A stretch of DNA of 36,248 nt from Nitrospiraceae bacterium (GCA_002726235.1 PBSN01000020.1:1-36248); one strand, 5' to 3'; positions 1 through 9,050 are shown, counted from the first letter of the stretch. The notes: generated by a model from the letters alone, not told the origin. Translations and numbers: made by a program.

Positions 1-22
1 CCCCCCCCCCTCTCTCTCTCTC
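1..22. repeat. C10 homopolymer plus (TC)6 microsatellite at the window edge
   Basis: cccccccccc tctctctctctc is read directly; it may be a contig-end artefact. Confidence 0.7.
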
Positions 23-102
23 AGCTCGTGGTCTGCCTGAGGACATAATCCAACATTGATGTTGCCCGTGATGCGAATACGGAATCGCTACTGCGGTTGG
101 CC

Positions 103-130
103 TTGACACTGGAAATGGGTTTGATATCGT
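103..130 (+). promoter_or_regulatory. sigma70-type promoter for priA
   Basis: TTGACA(103-108), 16 nt, TATCGT(125-130) with extended -10 TG at 122-123; ATG at 140 has no SD. Confidence 0.55.
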
Positions 131-139
131 CCAGATGTC

Positions 140-2395
140 ATGTCCTCACACCCAGCTGCACTGATCTTCATTTCGCACTATCCACAGCGGCTTTTCACCT
201 ATGTCATTCCTAACACGTTGCGACAGAAGATTCGTGCGGGAAATATGGTGAGGGTTTCGTTTGGGTCCAATGTGCACGTTGGGCTAATTGCCGAGATCAT
301 TGAAACGACCGAAACTGCTCATCTCAAGGAAATCGAAGCCATTGTCGACACATCGTTTGCGCTCTCCCCATCGATGTTGTCACTTGCCCGCTGGATGGCA
401 TCATATTACCTCTCTCCTGTGGGAGAATGCCTTCAACTTATGCTCCCACCCATGTTCAGGCATGGAATTAAAGAGCGTTTCATCATCACGCCATTGGGAC
501 GAATGATGGCGGAGGGATCAGGAGCAGGTCGAGTGATTCAACACGCAATTCTCATCAGGCTGCAATCTGCAAAGCACGGGCTCTCAAGTCAGTATCTACG
601 TCAACAACTGGGACGTCGTAGCATTGCCTCAACGCTGAGAACACTGAAGAAAAATGGACACATCGAGAGCTATGTGGACCTGCCTTCTAGGACTCAATAC
701 GCTAAACGTTCTAATGGGTCTCGAATAAAACCCAACCCAGCCTATGCTGTAGATGAGACAAGACACGGCTTGCTACAGGATTCGTCTTTGTCTAGCCCTC
801 TTGCTTCGTCCATTCGGAAAGGCAGGAGCCAAATCTTTATCATGCAGGCGCCTCTGGAATACCGCGTCGGTGCATATTTGAAGGCTATACAGGAAACTAT
901 AACGAAACGGCGGAGCTGTATTGTGATCTTCCCTCACACGAGTCAAGCCCGTGAGTTTTCTAGGGCAGTACGGCCATATCTTGGTGACCATATATCCGAT
1001 TGGTTTGGAACACGGACGCTTTTTAAGAGGACATCAGAGTGGTATCGACTCCAATCCGGTGATGCAGACATCGTGATTGGAACACGGTCGAGTGCGTTAA
1101 ATCCCATGATAAAATTGGGTCTCATTATTGTGGATGAAGAGCATGACTTTCGACACAAATTCAATTATGAACCACGGTTTCATACGCGTGAAATTGCGCT
1201 GGCACGAGCGAGCAGAGAGATGGTCACAGTCATCCTTGGATCATCGCATCCTTCGGTTGAAGCCATTCATCTGACTCAATCAAAAAAGGCCATGTTGTTA
1301 TTCAAACATTCTGCGACAGATCTCGATCGCGTTTCATCTCTCACACCAAACGGGGTAGTCCAGTGCATTGATATGAGAACAGAATCAAGAGCAGGGCGAC
1401 TTTTTTCAGAACCCCTTCTTCACGCCATGCGTGATCGGTTAACGAATCGAAAGCCTGTGATCTTATACCAGCCAAGACGAGGGTTTTCGCGATCTCTCTG
1501 GTGCCGCGACTGTGGAGCAACTATCCGATGCACCAGTTGTAGTGTGGCGCTGACATACTACAAACAAGAACACAAGATCTTGTGTCATATTTGCGGAGAA
1601 TCTCGTGATGTCCCCCACATTTGCTCACGCTGTGCGGGAACTCATCTTCTAGCTATGGGGTTCGGCACTGAAGGTGTGGAAGCAGAGGTTCGAACCCTCT
1701 TTCCTGATGCGCGCATTGTGCGAATGGACAGAGACCTTGTTCGATCAGAGTCTGCAGCGTTATCGTTCATGAAGAGTCTTGATTTTAAAGAACTCGACAT
1801 TCTCATTGGAACGTCAATGCTTCTAGATATCGTGCCGATGCCTAAGGTGTCGTTAGTCGGGGTCATTTCTGCCGACACAATGTTACATATGCCGGACTTC
1901 AGAGCTGCAGAACATGCCTTTCATCAACTTATGGCACTCAAGTCGTTTTTGGCTTGTGGTGAGATGTTGATCCAGGCGTTTCAGCCGGAGCACCCTATGT
2001 TGCAGTCTGTGGCCCGTCAAGATCTCCAGCAATTCTATACGGACGAACTGGCCATGCGGCAGGAACTCTCGTTTCCTCCATTCACAAGGCTCGTTTGTTT
2101 ACGCGTGGCTGGTGATGCTGAAGCTCAGGTCCGCCAGATCTCCGCTCGATGGGCCAATCACCTTCGACAGAGCCATGCAGCAGGAATCCAGGAGGTCTTG
2201 GGTCCTGTCCCTGCCCCCTATTCAAAAATCCGCGGCCGTTATCGAGATCATATTCTGGTCAAGGAGCCTCACTCCGGACTCGCGAGCGAACTAGCTCACG
2301 GTGCGGTGGAAGCATCCCTGAGACACGCTAAAACGTTTTTAGGCACCTCAGGCCTCACATTCGAGGTGGATGTGGATCCGCATACATTTTTATAG
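140..2395 (+). CDS. priA: Primosomal protein N' (PriA) with degenerate helicase motifs I and VI
   Basis: N-terminal 3'-DNA-binding domain (FTY..P, V.VSFG), IVIGTRS, IIVDEEHD, GSSHPS, four CxxC pairs, GFGTE, RMDRD, FPPF, C-terminal VDVDP. Confidence 0.93.
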   Translation: MSSHPAALIFISHYPQRLFTYVIPNTLRQKIRAGNMVRVSFGSNVHVGLIAEIIETTETAHLKEIEAIVDTSFALSPSMLSLARWMASYYLSPVGECLQLMLPPMFRHGIKERFIITPLGRMMAEGSGAGRVIQHAILIRLQSAKHGLSSQYLRQQLGRRSIASTLRTLKKNGHIESYVDLPSRTQYAKRSNGSRIKPNPAYAVDETRHGLLQDSSLSSPLASSIRKGRSQIFIMQAPLEYRVGAYLKAIQETITKRRSCIVIFPHTSQAREFSRAVRPYLGDHISDWFGTRTLFKRTSEWYRLQSGDADIVIGTRSSALNPMIKLGLIIVDEEHDFRHKFNYEPRFHTREIALARASREMVTVILGSSHPSVEAIHLTQSKKAMLLFKHSATDLDRVSSLTPNGVVQCIDMRTESRAGRLFSEPLLHAMRDRLTNRKPVILYQPRRGFSRSLWCRDCGATIRCTSCSVALTYYKQEHKILCHICGESRDVPHICSRCAGTHLLAMGFGTEGVEAEVRTLFPDARIVRMDRDLVRSESAALSFMKSLDFKELDILIGTSMLLDIVPMPKVSLVGVISADTMLHMPDFRAAEHAFHQLMALKSFLACGEMLIQAFQPEHPMLQSVARQDLQQFYTDELAMRQELSFPPFTRLVCLRVAGDAEAQVRQISARWANHLRQSHAAGIQEVLGPVPAPYSKIRGRYRDHILVKEPHSGLASELAHGAVEASLRHAKTFLGTSGLTFEVDVDPHTFL

Positions 2396-2405
2396 GCTTT
2401 CCCAT

Positions 2406-2435
2406 CTTGACTTCTTCTGATACGGTGATTATCTC
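2406..2435 (+). promoter_or_regulatory. Putative promoter of groESL
   Basis: (C)TTGACT 2406-2412, 16-17 nt, TTATCT/TATCTC; SD GAGGAGG before the groES ATG. Confidence 0.45.
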
Positions 2436-2505
2436 TTCGTTTGGTGGTCAGAGGGCTACCTGAGATGACTCGGAGGAATCAACCCAATCAGCGAGGAGGC
2501 AGCAC

Positions 2506-2793
2506 ATGGCAGTAAAGGAGCAGGTCAAAACTACGTTTAAACCGCTACGGGATCGCATTTTTGTAGAATATCTCGAGGACGATGCGGAAAAATCGGCTGG
2601 AGGTATCTATATTCCTGAGACGGCCAAAGAAAAATCTCAGAAAGGAACCGTGCGGGCTATTGGGCCAGATGTGACGTTGGTAAAGGTCGGCGACAGCGTT
2701 TTGTGCGAGCGGTATGGTGGGAACAAAGTCAAGCTCGATGATGTGGAATATGTCGTCATGAAGGAAGAAGAAGTCCTAGGGCTGTTTGACTAA
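2506..2793 (+). CDS. groES: Co-chaperonin GroES
   Basis: KPLRDRI, mobile loop [15 protein letters not shown]; lies immediately upstream of groEL. Confidence 0.97.
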   Translation: MAVKEQVKTTFKPLRDRIFVEYLEDDAEKSAGGIYIPETAKEKSQKGTVRAIGPDVTLVKVGDSVLCERYGGNKVKLDDVEYVVMKEEEVLGLFD

Positions 2794-2834
2794 GCCCACT
2801 AATAACCTGCAAACAAGGAAGAGAGGAGACAATA

Positions 2835-4481
2835 ATGGCAGCAAAGCAGATGGAATACTCGGGAGATGCCCGGCAACTAATTTTGAAGGGCGTGAGCAAG
2901 CTCTCCAAGGCTGTGAAAGCCACATTGGGTCCAAAAGGGCGGAACGCTATGCTCAGCAAGAAATGGGGTGCTCCCACAATCACCAAAGATGGGGTCACTG
3001 TAGCCAAGGAAATTGAGTTGGAGGATCCCTATGAAAACATGGGGGCTCAGTTGGTCCGCGAAGTCGCAAGCAAAACCAGTGATGTCGCTGGCGACGGCAC
3101 CACCACAGCCACTGTTCTGGCCGAATCCATCTTTCGCGAAGGCGTCAAGAATGTTGCTGCTGGCGCGAATGCTATGGATATCAAGCGTGGCATTGATGCG
3201 GCCGTGGAAGCTGTGGTTGAGCAGTTGCACTCTCAGAGCAAATCCTGCAACGACAAGAAAGAAATCGCCCAGATCGGCATTATTTCGGCTAACAACGACG
3301 TGGCCGTTGGAGATCTGATCGCTGAGGCAATGGAAAAAGTTGGTAAGGATGGCGTGATCACCGTTGAAGAAGCCAAGAGTTTAACTACCACTCTCGATGT
3401 GGTCGAAGGCATGCAGTTTGATCGTGGCTACACTTCACCATATTTCGTCACCAACGCAGAGCGGATGGAGTGTGTCATTGAGGATGCCTATATTTTGATT
3501 CATGAGAAGAAGATTAGTAACATGAAGGATCTCCTCGGACTCCTCGAGCAAGTCGCCAAGATGGGACGGCCGTTGTTGATTATTGCGGAAGAGGTCGAAG
3601 GCGAAGCCCTGGCCACCCTGGTAGTGAATAAACTACGTGGCACCTTGAATATCTGCGCCGTGAAAGCACCTGGCTTTGGAGATCGACGTAAAGCCATGCT
3701 GGAGGATATTGCTACCCTCACCGGAGGACAGATGATCTCTGAGGAACTTGGCATCAAGCTCGAAAGTGTCCAACTGAAAGATCTTGGCAGAGCCAAGCGG
3801 ATCACCGTGGACAAGGACAACACTACGATCGTGGAAGGCGCTGGCGAACAGTCCCTGATTCAAGCACGCGTCAAGCAGATCAAAGCGCAAATCGAAGAGA
3901 CGACCTCGGATTATGATCGCGAGAAACTCCAAGAGAGGTTGGCAAAAATCGTCGGTGGGGTTGCGGTAATTCGCATTGGTGCCGCCACTGAGCCGGAGAT
4001 GAAAGAGCGGAAGGCGCGGGTGGAAGATGCTCTTCATGCTACCAAAGCGGCTGTGGAAGAAGGTATCGTTCCTGGAGGAGGCGTAGCCTTAGTTCGAGCC
4101 ATTTCTGCCATGGATAAATTGAAGCTTTCTGATGATCAGCAGATAGGTGCCTCGATCATCAAGCGAGCACTTGAAGAGCCACTGAGGCAGATTGCGATAA
4201 ACGCTGGACACGAAGGTTCGGTGGTCGTCGCCAAAGTTAAAGAAGAGAAGGGTAACGTTGGATTTGATGCTGCGAAAGAACAATATGTTGACATGATCAA
4301 GTCCGGCATTATTGATCCGACCAAAGTCGTTAGAAGTGCGATTCAAAATGCGGCGAGTGTGGCTGGCCTGATGCTCACTACCGAAGTGTTAGTCACTGAG
4401 GTGCCGGAAAAAGAGAAACCCATGCCGATGCCTCCCGGAGGCGGCGGCGGCGGAATGGGTGGAATGGAAGGGATGTACTAA
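2835..4481 (+). CDS. groEL: Chaperonin GroEL
   Basis: [29 protein letters not shown]-terminal tail. Confidence 0.99.
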   Translation: MAAKQMEYSGDARQLILKGVSKLSKAVKATLGPKGRNAMLSKKWGAPTITKDGVTVAKEIELEDPYENMGAQLVREVASKTSDVAGDGTTTATVLAESIFREGVKNVAAGANAMDIKRGIDAAVEAVVEQLHSQSKSCNDKKEIAQIGIISANNDVAVGDLIAEAMEKVGKDGVITVEEAKSLTTTLDVVEGMQFDRGYTSPYFVTNAERMECVIEDAYILIHEKKISNMKDLLGLLEQVAKMGRPLLIIAEEVEGEALATLVVNKLRGTLNICAVKAPGFGDRRKAMLEDIATLTGGQMISEELGIKLESVQLKDLGRAKRITVDKDNTTIVEGAGEQSLIQARVKQIKAQIEETTSDYDREKLQERLAKIVGGVAVIRIGAATEPEMKERKARVEDALHATKAAVEEGIVPGGGVALVRAISAMDKLKLSDDQQIGASIIKRALEEPLRQIAINAGHEGSVVVAKVKEEKGNVGFDAAKEQYVDMIKSGIIDPTKVVRSAIQNAASVAGLMLTTEVLVTEVPEKEKPMPMPPGGGGGGMGGMEGMY

Positions 4482-4533
4482 GTCGCAATTCCCTTGAACT
4501 GTATGTTCTAGGCATGAGGCGGGGGCGTGATGG

Positions 4534-4619
4534 TGGTGCCGAAGGCGGGATTCGAACCCGCACGGGTTTCCCCACACGCCCCTCAAACGTGCGTGTCTAC
4601 CAGGTTCCACCACTTCGGC
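4534..4619 (-). tRNA. tRNA-Leu (anticodon GAG), CCA encoded
   Basis: Reverse complement GCCGAAGTGGTGGAACCTGGTAGACACGCACGTTTGAGGGGCGTGTGGGGAAACCCGTGCGGGTTCGAATCCCGCCTTCGGCACCA has an acceptor stem, long variable arm and GTTCGAATC T-loop. Confidence 0.96.
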
Positions 4620-4627
4620 AGGGTTGG

Positions 4628-4657
4628 AGTATAGTTATGGCTCTGATGGGGTGTCAA
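4628..4657 (-). promoter_or_regulatory. sigma70 promoter for tRNA-Leu
   Basis: Minus strand TTGACA(4657-4652), 18 nt, TATACT(4633-4628), ending 8 nt before the tRNA 5' end. Confidence 0.7.
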
Positions 4658-4686
4658 CTTCACTGTGACGTGCTCTATCCTCAAGT

Positions 4687-4716
4687 TTGACAGGTCAACC
4701 TAGCCCTTACGATAAT
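4687..4716 (+). promoter_or_regulatory. Putative promoter of the mrp gene pair, with palindrome TTGAC-AG-GTCAA over the -35
   Basis: TTGACA 4687-4692, 18 nt, GATAAT 4711-4716; inverted repeat 4687-4698. Confidence 0.45.
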
Positions 4717-4780
4717 TAGTGTTGTCAAAGCGTAGGATCACAGTTGCATCAATGCATTCTAGTACGCGAAGGACGTTGGC

Positions 4781-5701
4781 ATGGTCGCGACCAAAGACCT
4801 GAAATCAATTCTTTCGAAGCTGAAGTATGCGGACGATGCGAAAGTTTCCAAGCAAATCGGTGAACAAATCCAGCAACTCCAATTGCGAATGGCGGGCATT
4901 CGCAGAAAAGTGGCTATTCTTAGTGGAAAGGGCGGAGTGGGAAAAAGTATGACCACGGTCAACCTTTCGCTTGCCCTTGCGCGGCAGGATCAGCAGGTTG
5001 CTGTGCTTGATGTCGATCTTAACGGTCCGTGTGTCCCTCATATGCTTGGAATACGAGGTCAACAATTGACGATGACGCCGGAAGGGGCCATTCCTCCCAT
5101 TGGCCCGTTGGGTATCAAGGTAGGCTCGATGGATTTTTTTCTTGGCGATTTATCTCCTGTCCGTTGGAAACGGCCAATGGACCTCAGTCCAGTATGGCTG
5201 GGCACCTTGGAGATGACAGTCATTCGAGAATTTCTGGCTGATATTGTGTGGGGTGAGGCCGACTATCTGCTGATTGATCTCCCTCCAGGCGCGGCTGCGG
5301 ATAAGCCTCCGGCCATTGCGGGTTTTATTCCTGATCTTGACGGCGCTGTGGTCGTCACCACGCCATCTGAAATGGCCATGGACGTTGTCCGTAAATCGGT
5401 TATCTACGCACGAAGTCTCAACATTAAGATTATTGGGCTGATTGAAAATATGAGTGAGTTTCGATGCCCTGAATGTGGGACTGAAAGCGAATTATTCGAA
5501 AGTCAGGCCGATGCGATGTGTGACGCATTAGATATCCCACTCCTTGGCCGGATTCCGTTTGATCGAGACTTGGTGCGCTCTTTTGATAAGGGACAACCTC
5601 TGCTTGATCCCACACATCCTACCATCGCCAGCTATTCAGAAATTTCTAGACGTATTCGGGATATTCTTGATTTCAAAAAAACCCTCGCAGAAAAGCTGTA
5701 A
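4781..5701 (+). CDS. mrp: Mrp/NBP35 (ApbC-like) Fe-S cluster carrier ATPase
   Basis: Deviant Walker A SGKGGVGKS, DVDLNGP, IDLPPG, VTTP, IENMS and cluster-binding CPEC. Confidence 0.9.
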   Translation: MVATKDLKSILSKLKYADDAKVSKQIGEQIQQLQLRMAGIRRKVAILSGKGGVGKSMTTVNLSLALARQDQQVAVLDVDLNGPCVPHMLGIRGQQLTMTPEGAIPPIGPLGIKVGSMDFFLGDLSPVRWKRPMDLSPVWLGTLEMTVIREFLADIVWGEADYLLIDLPPGAAADKPPAIAGFIPDLDGAVVVTTPSEMAMDVVRKSVIYARSLNIKIIGLIENMSEFRCPECGTESELFESQADAMCDALDIPLLGRIPFDRDLVRSFDKGQPLLDPTHPTIASYSEISRRIRDILDFKKTLAEKL

Positions 5702-5728
5702 CGGCGATATAACTATGGAGGGGACACG

Positions 5729-6391
5729 ATGAAATTTGTCTGTTTGACATGTGAAGGATATATGAACTTTGAAAATGTTGATGCTGTGACTGACAATTCG
5801 TTGGGTATCACGTTCGGATGCCCAACTTGCGAGACTAGGTTTTCCATGGTGACCAATGCTGGTGAAACCTCTCTCATCAGTTCGCTTGGGGTCAAACTTG
5901 GTGGACGAACCGCACCTGCCGCGCCTTTCGAGACGACCAGGGAGACTCTCCAAGGTCATGATGAAAAGACGGTAACTGATGATGACTCTGTCTCAGGCGG
6001 GGCATGTCCATTTTCGGACATGCTTGCGGCATCCGGCATAACTACAGGTTCTTCCGCATCGGCTTCATCACTTCCATGGAGTGCAGAGGCCACTGAACGG
6101 ATCGAACGCATTCCGTCGATGATTCGTCCAATGGTCAAACGCGACATTGAAGAGTATGCAATGAAAAATGGGTTTTCTTCCGTCACGATCCAAGTGATGG
6201 ACGATGCCAAAACCAATGAAGCAGGCATTACGTGGTCCGCTGAAGCGGAAAAACGACTCAGTCGTCTTCCAGAGTTTGTTCGCCCTATGGCAAAACGTGA
6301 AATCGAGCGCATGGCGAAAGACAAAGGGGCACTGGAGGTGACCGTCACCATCATGGATGAAGCCAAGACTAAGTTCATGAGCTTCATGTAG
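5729..6391 (+). CDS. Zn-ribbon-like protein with two tandem PCP_red (BchB/ChlB C-terminal-like) domains
   Basis: N-terminal CxxC...CxxC, central GACPFS, two copies of WSAEA..R..R.P...RPM.KR.IE..A...G...VT...MD.AK. Confidence 0.75.
   Translation: MKFVCLTCEGYMNFENVDAVTDNSLGITFGCPTCETRFSMVTNAGETSLISSLGVKLGGRTAPAAPFETTRETLQGHDEKTVTDDDSVSGGACPFSDMLAASGITTGSSASASSLPWSAEATERIERIPSMIRPMVKRDIEEYAMKNGFSSVTIQVMDDAKTNEAGITWSAEAEKRLSRLPEFVRPMAKREIERMAKDKGALEVTVTIMDEAKTKFMSFM
6077..6367 (+). repeat. Intragenic tandem duplication with a 156-nt (52-aa) period
   Basis: TGG(W) at 6077 and 6233; GCC AAR at 6206 and 6362. Confidence 0.85.
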
Positions 6392-6392
6392 C

Positions 6393-6510
6393 GGATTATT
6401 CAAAAAGCCCCCTGCTGGCCTTCTTTCCTGTTGGCGTGTACGCATATTTCGTGTACGCTCAACCCGGTAGCGATCCTGTAACCTTGACTGACGGTATTTT
6501 TGAACAGTCC
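6393..6510. mobile_element. MITE/REP-like element, copy 1
   Basis: Imperfect terminal inverted repeats GGATTATTCAAAAA ... TTTTTGAACAGTCC; non-coding. Confidence 0.6.
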
Positions 6511-6544
6511 ATGAAATACTGTACCCAAAGCATGGTGGAGTTTT

Positions 6545-6790
6545 ATGGCATTGAAGGTTAGGAGGGTCGATCTTCTGTTTGTGCTTGGCATGGGCGCGGT
6601 TGTGGTAGGAATCGCGTTACTTCCCAGTCCCATTGATAGCAATCCGATGATTCCTGCCAACAACACTCATCAATCCGTGAAAAATGAGAAGGAGTGTCTC
6701 CTATGCCACTCGTCAGAGGGCATATACCCGCTTCCGGATCGTCATCTCACCAAGCGACAAGATTGTTTCAACTGTCATGGGAAGCAATAA
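6545..6790 (+). CDS. Small membrane-anchored or secreted diheme cytochrome c (mini NapB-like)
   Basis: Hydrophobic N-terminus, two CxxCH motifs (CLLCH, CFNCH), two extra His residues, SD GGAG. Confidence 0.8.
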   Translation: MALKVRRVDLLFVLGMGAVVVGIALLPSPIDSNPMIPANNTHQSVKNEKECLLCHSSEGIYPLPDRHLTKRQDCFNCHGKQ

Positions 6791-6920
6791 TGTGGGTGTT
6801 GAAAAAGTCCGCTAGCGACGTTTTTCTGGACTATCGTTTCGCTCGCATGTTCCGTGGGCGCTCTGCGTGTCAACGATCCCTGCAATCTTGCTGGACAGCG
6901 TTTTTGAACTAGCCCTATTA
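6788..6920. mobile_element. MITE/REP-like element, copy 2
   Basis: Termini TAATGTGGGTGTTGAAAAA ... TTTTTGAACTAGCCCTATTA; similar size and ends to copy 1. Confidence 0.6.
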
Positions 6921-6938
6921 CTTTCCTAAAGCCAGAGG

Positions 6939-7880
6939 TCAGCGGGTAGCTGAGAGAAGAAATTCGAGAATAGCCGAATTGGTTGCTTCGGGTTTCTCCC
7001 ACATTGTAAGGTGGCCAGCATTCTCGATGGCTAGGAACATGGAATGGGGGATCTGCTGATGCAGTTCTTCTCCGACCGGAAGCGGAAATAGTGGGTCGCG
7101 GGTTCCCCACATGATCAGCGTAGGCGTCGTAATTTCGGAGATGCGAGGAGCGTAATGATTCTCCCACCGCTGGATGTTATTGCGAGTTGAGAACAGTACG
7201 TGCGCAGACCCGGCAAATGTTCGAAATCTGTACGCTCGGTCGGTGACATCATCTGTAATGAGGCTCTTGTCGACGACCAAATTCTTGAGAGTTGAACGTA
7301 AGAAGCTTTTGCCAGAAAGGGAAAACCCGATGCGAAGGAGAAATGAGGGCTTAAAGCGGAGGAAGATGCGATAGGCCATGAGTGCGGCCTTTTCACTTGC
7401 TCCCTGTGGAAACCCTCCGATCAGAATGATCTTGTCAGTCAGATGTGGATATTTTAGTGTCATACCCATCGCAACTCCTGCCCCTAAGGAATTGCCGATC
7501 AACGTTGCCTGTGCAATATCAAGCTCCGACATGAACCCTTTCACCGAATCGATAAACAGATCTGGTGTGTATGCGATATCCGGCCGATCAGAGTAGCCGT
7601 AACCAAGAAGATCAAGCGTGTACACAGAAAAATGCTGAGCGAGAGCCTCTTGTTGATATTCCCACATCCATCCTTGCGCACCGAATCCGTGCAACAGAAT
7701 AATGGGTGGCCCTTCACCGATCACGGTGTATATCAATTGGTGGCCGTCAACTATGACCGCCTTGGGCTGAACTCGGTTGTAGGTGTGCGTAAGGTTAGGT
7801 TTGAATGGCTTTGGGGCACATCCCATCATCGCCACCACGAGCACTACAGCTGCGCTCATCCTTATTGCAAGCGTGTTCAT
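6939..7880 (-). CDS. Alpha/beta-fold hydrolase, probable lipoprotein
   Basis: LLHGFG, DLLGYGYSD, nucleophile elbow GNSLG, WGTRD, NAGH; signal ending AMMG-C. Confidence 0.9.
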   Translation of the reverse strand: MNTLAIRMSAAVVLVVAMMGCAPKPFKPNLTHTYNRVQPKAVIVDGHQLIYTVIGEGPPIILLHGFGAQGWMWEYQQEALAQHFSVYTLDLLGYGYSDRPDIAYTPDLFIDSVKGFMSELDIAQATLIGNSLGAGVAMGMTLKYPHLTDKIILIGGFPQGASEKAALMAYRIFLRFKPSFLLRIGFSLSGKSFLRSTLKNLVVDKSLITDDVTDRAYRFRTFAGSAHVLFSTRNNIQRWENHYAPRISEITTPTLIMWGTRDPLFPLPVGEELHQQIPHSMFLAIENAGHLTMWEKPEATNSAILEFLLSATR

Positions 7881-7909
7881 TCATCACCAACCGTGCATGG
7901 TAGTGCATG

Positions 7910-8230
7910 CTAGTCAGATCGGTGCACAAGTCGTGGTTCAGAGGATTGATCATGAGGCCTAGAGTTGTTCTCCTCTTTGGCCTCACCCCAATGAAATCGT
8001 TGCCTGAGGCGCACACGAAACTTATGTGCGAGATCGAAGACAGCAGGATATCGATGGTGGACATTATTCAACCATCTCTGTGCAAACGCATAGTGCTTGG
8101 AGAGGATGATCAAACCGACCACAAGAAATAGAATGCCTTGCAAAAACGGAAGGAACAGGCCGATAATTCCAAGGGCGATAAAGCTCCACCCTGAGATCAT
8201 GGAAAGGAGTTTTTTTATTCGATGCTGCAT
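7910..8230 (-). CDS. Small membrane protein (PGPGW/DUF454-like)
   Basis: GWSFIALGIIGLFLPFLQGILFLVVGLIILS..Y hydrophobic hairpin. Confidence 0.7.
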   Translation of the reverse strand: MQHRIKKLLSMISGWSFIALGIIGLFLPFLQGILFLVVGLIILSKHYAFAQRWLNNVHHRYPAVFDLAHKFRVRLRQRFHWGEAKEENNSRPHDQSSEPRLVHRSD

Positions 8231-8331
8231 GGTTAACTTTATAGCATGATTGCTTTGTATGCCTCAAACCGTGGGGTTAAGGATGGTTTCGAGGCTGTGT
8301 TTTTTAATAAGTGTGATAACGGGGATGATCA

Positions 8332-9012
8332 ATGAAAGTCGTTTTAGACATTGAAACAATTCCGTGTGATGAAGCGAATCGTTCCTTGCTTCCGAAGGCG
8401 AAGCCGCCACCATCTCTCGTCGCGGAGCGAGAAGGAATGAGTCCTGAGATCTGGCTTGAACAACAGTACCGCATGACCGCGCTCGATGGGACATTCGGAC
8501 GCATCGTGTGCATAGGCATGCTTCGGCTCACCAACGCAAATGAGGCCAAGGATGCTGTGCTGTTATATGGAAACAATGAGGCCGAAATCCTTGCACAGTT
8601 TTGGCACCGCATGCGAACATGGAATTCGCCCTATCTTATTACCCATAACGGCTTATCATTTGACCTCCCGTTCATTTGGAAACGTTCTGTAATTCACCAT
8701 GTTACCCCATCAATGGAATTCCGTTTAGCTCGCTTCCGAACTGATGCGATCTATGACACGATGATGGTATGGGCAAACTGGGATATGCGTAATGCTGTGA
8801 GTCTTGGTGTGCTCTCAAAAATATTGGGGTTTGAGGGAAAATCTGGAAGCGGAAACCAAGTTTTTGACATGTGGAGTGATGGAAAACTGAAAGACATCGC
8901 AGAATACTGCTTCGACGACACTTATCTCACCTACGGGTGTTACTGTCGGATGAAGTTCATTACGCCCGCACCTCCTGATAAGTTTGTGCCGGAATATGTC
9001 CAATTAGCGTAG
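8332..9012 (+). CDS. Stand-alone PolB-like 3'-5' exonuclease (DEDDy, RNase H fold)
   Basis: ExoI VLDIET, ExoII HNGLSFDLPFI, ExoIII YCFDD. Confidence 0.85.
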   Translation: MKVVLDIETIPCDEANRSLLPKAKPPPSLVAEREGMSPEIWLEQQYRMTALDGTFGRIVCIGMLRLTNANEAKDAVLLYGNNEAEILAQFWHRMRTWNSPYLITHNGLSFDLPFIWKRSVIHHVTPSMEFRLARFRTDAIYDTMMVWANWDMRNAVSLGVLSKILGFEGKSGSGNQVFDMWSDGKLKDIAEYCFDDTYLTYGCYCRMKFITPAPPDKFVPEYVQLA

Positions 9013-9050
9013 TACCGGGAGCGGTCTGTACCGGATTGGACCAAACTCAC

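Noticed and set aside
4534..4560. tRNA-Leu 3' end as an integration site
   Set aside because: No duplicate of the tRNA 3' end and no integrase were seen; the flanking gene is groEL
4389..4613. Minus-strand ORFs 4389-4613 and 4393-4575
   Set aside because: They are translations of the tRNA-Leu gene and antisense groEL
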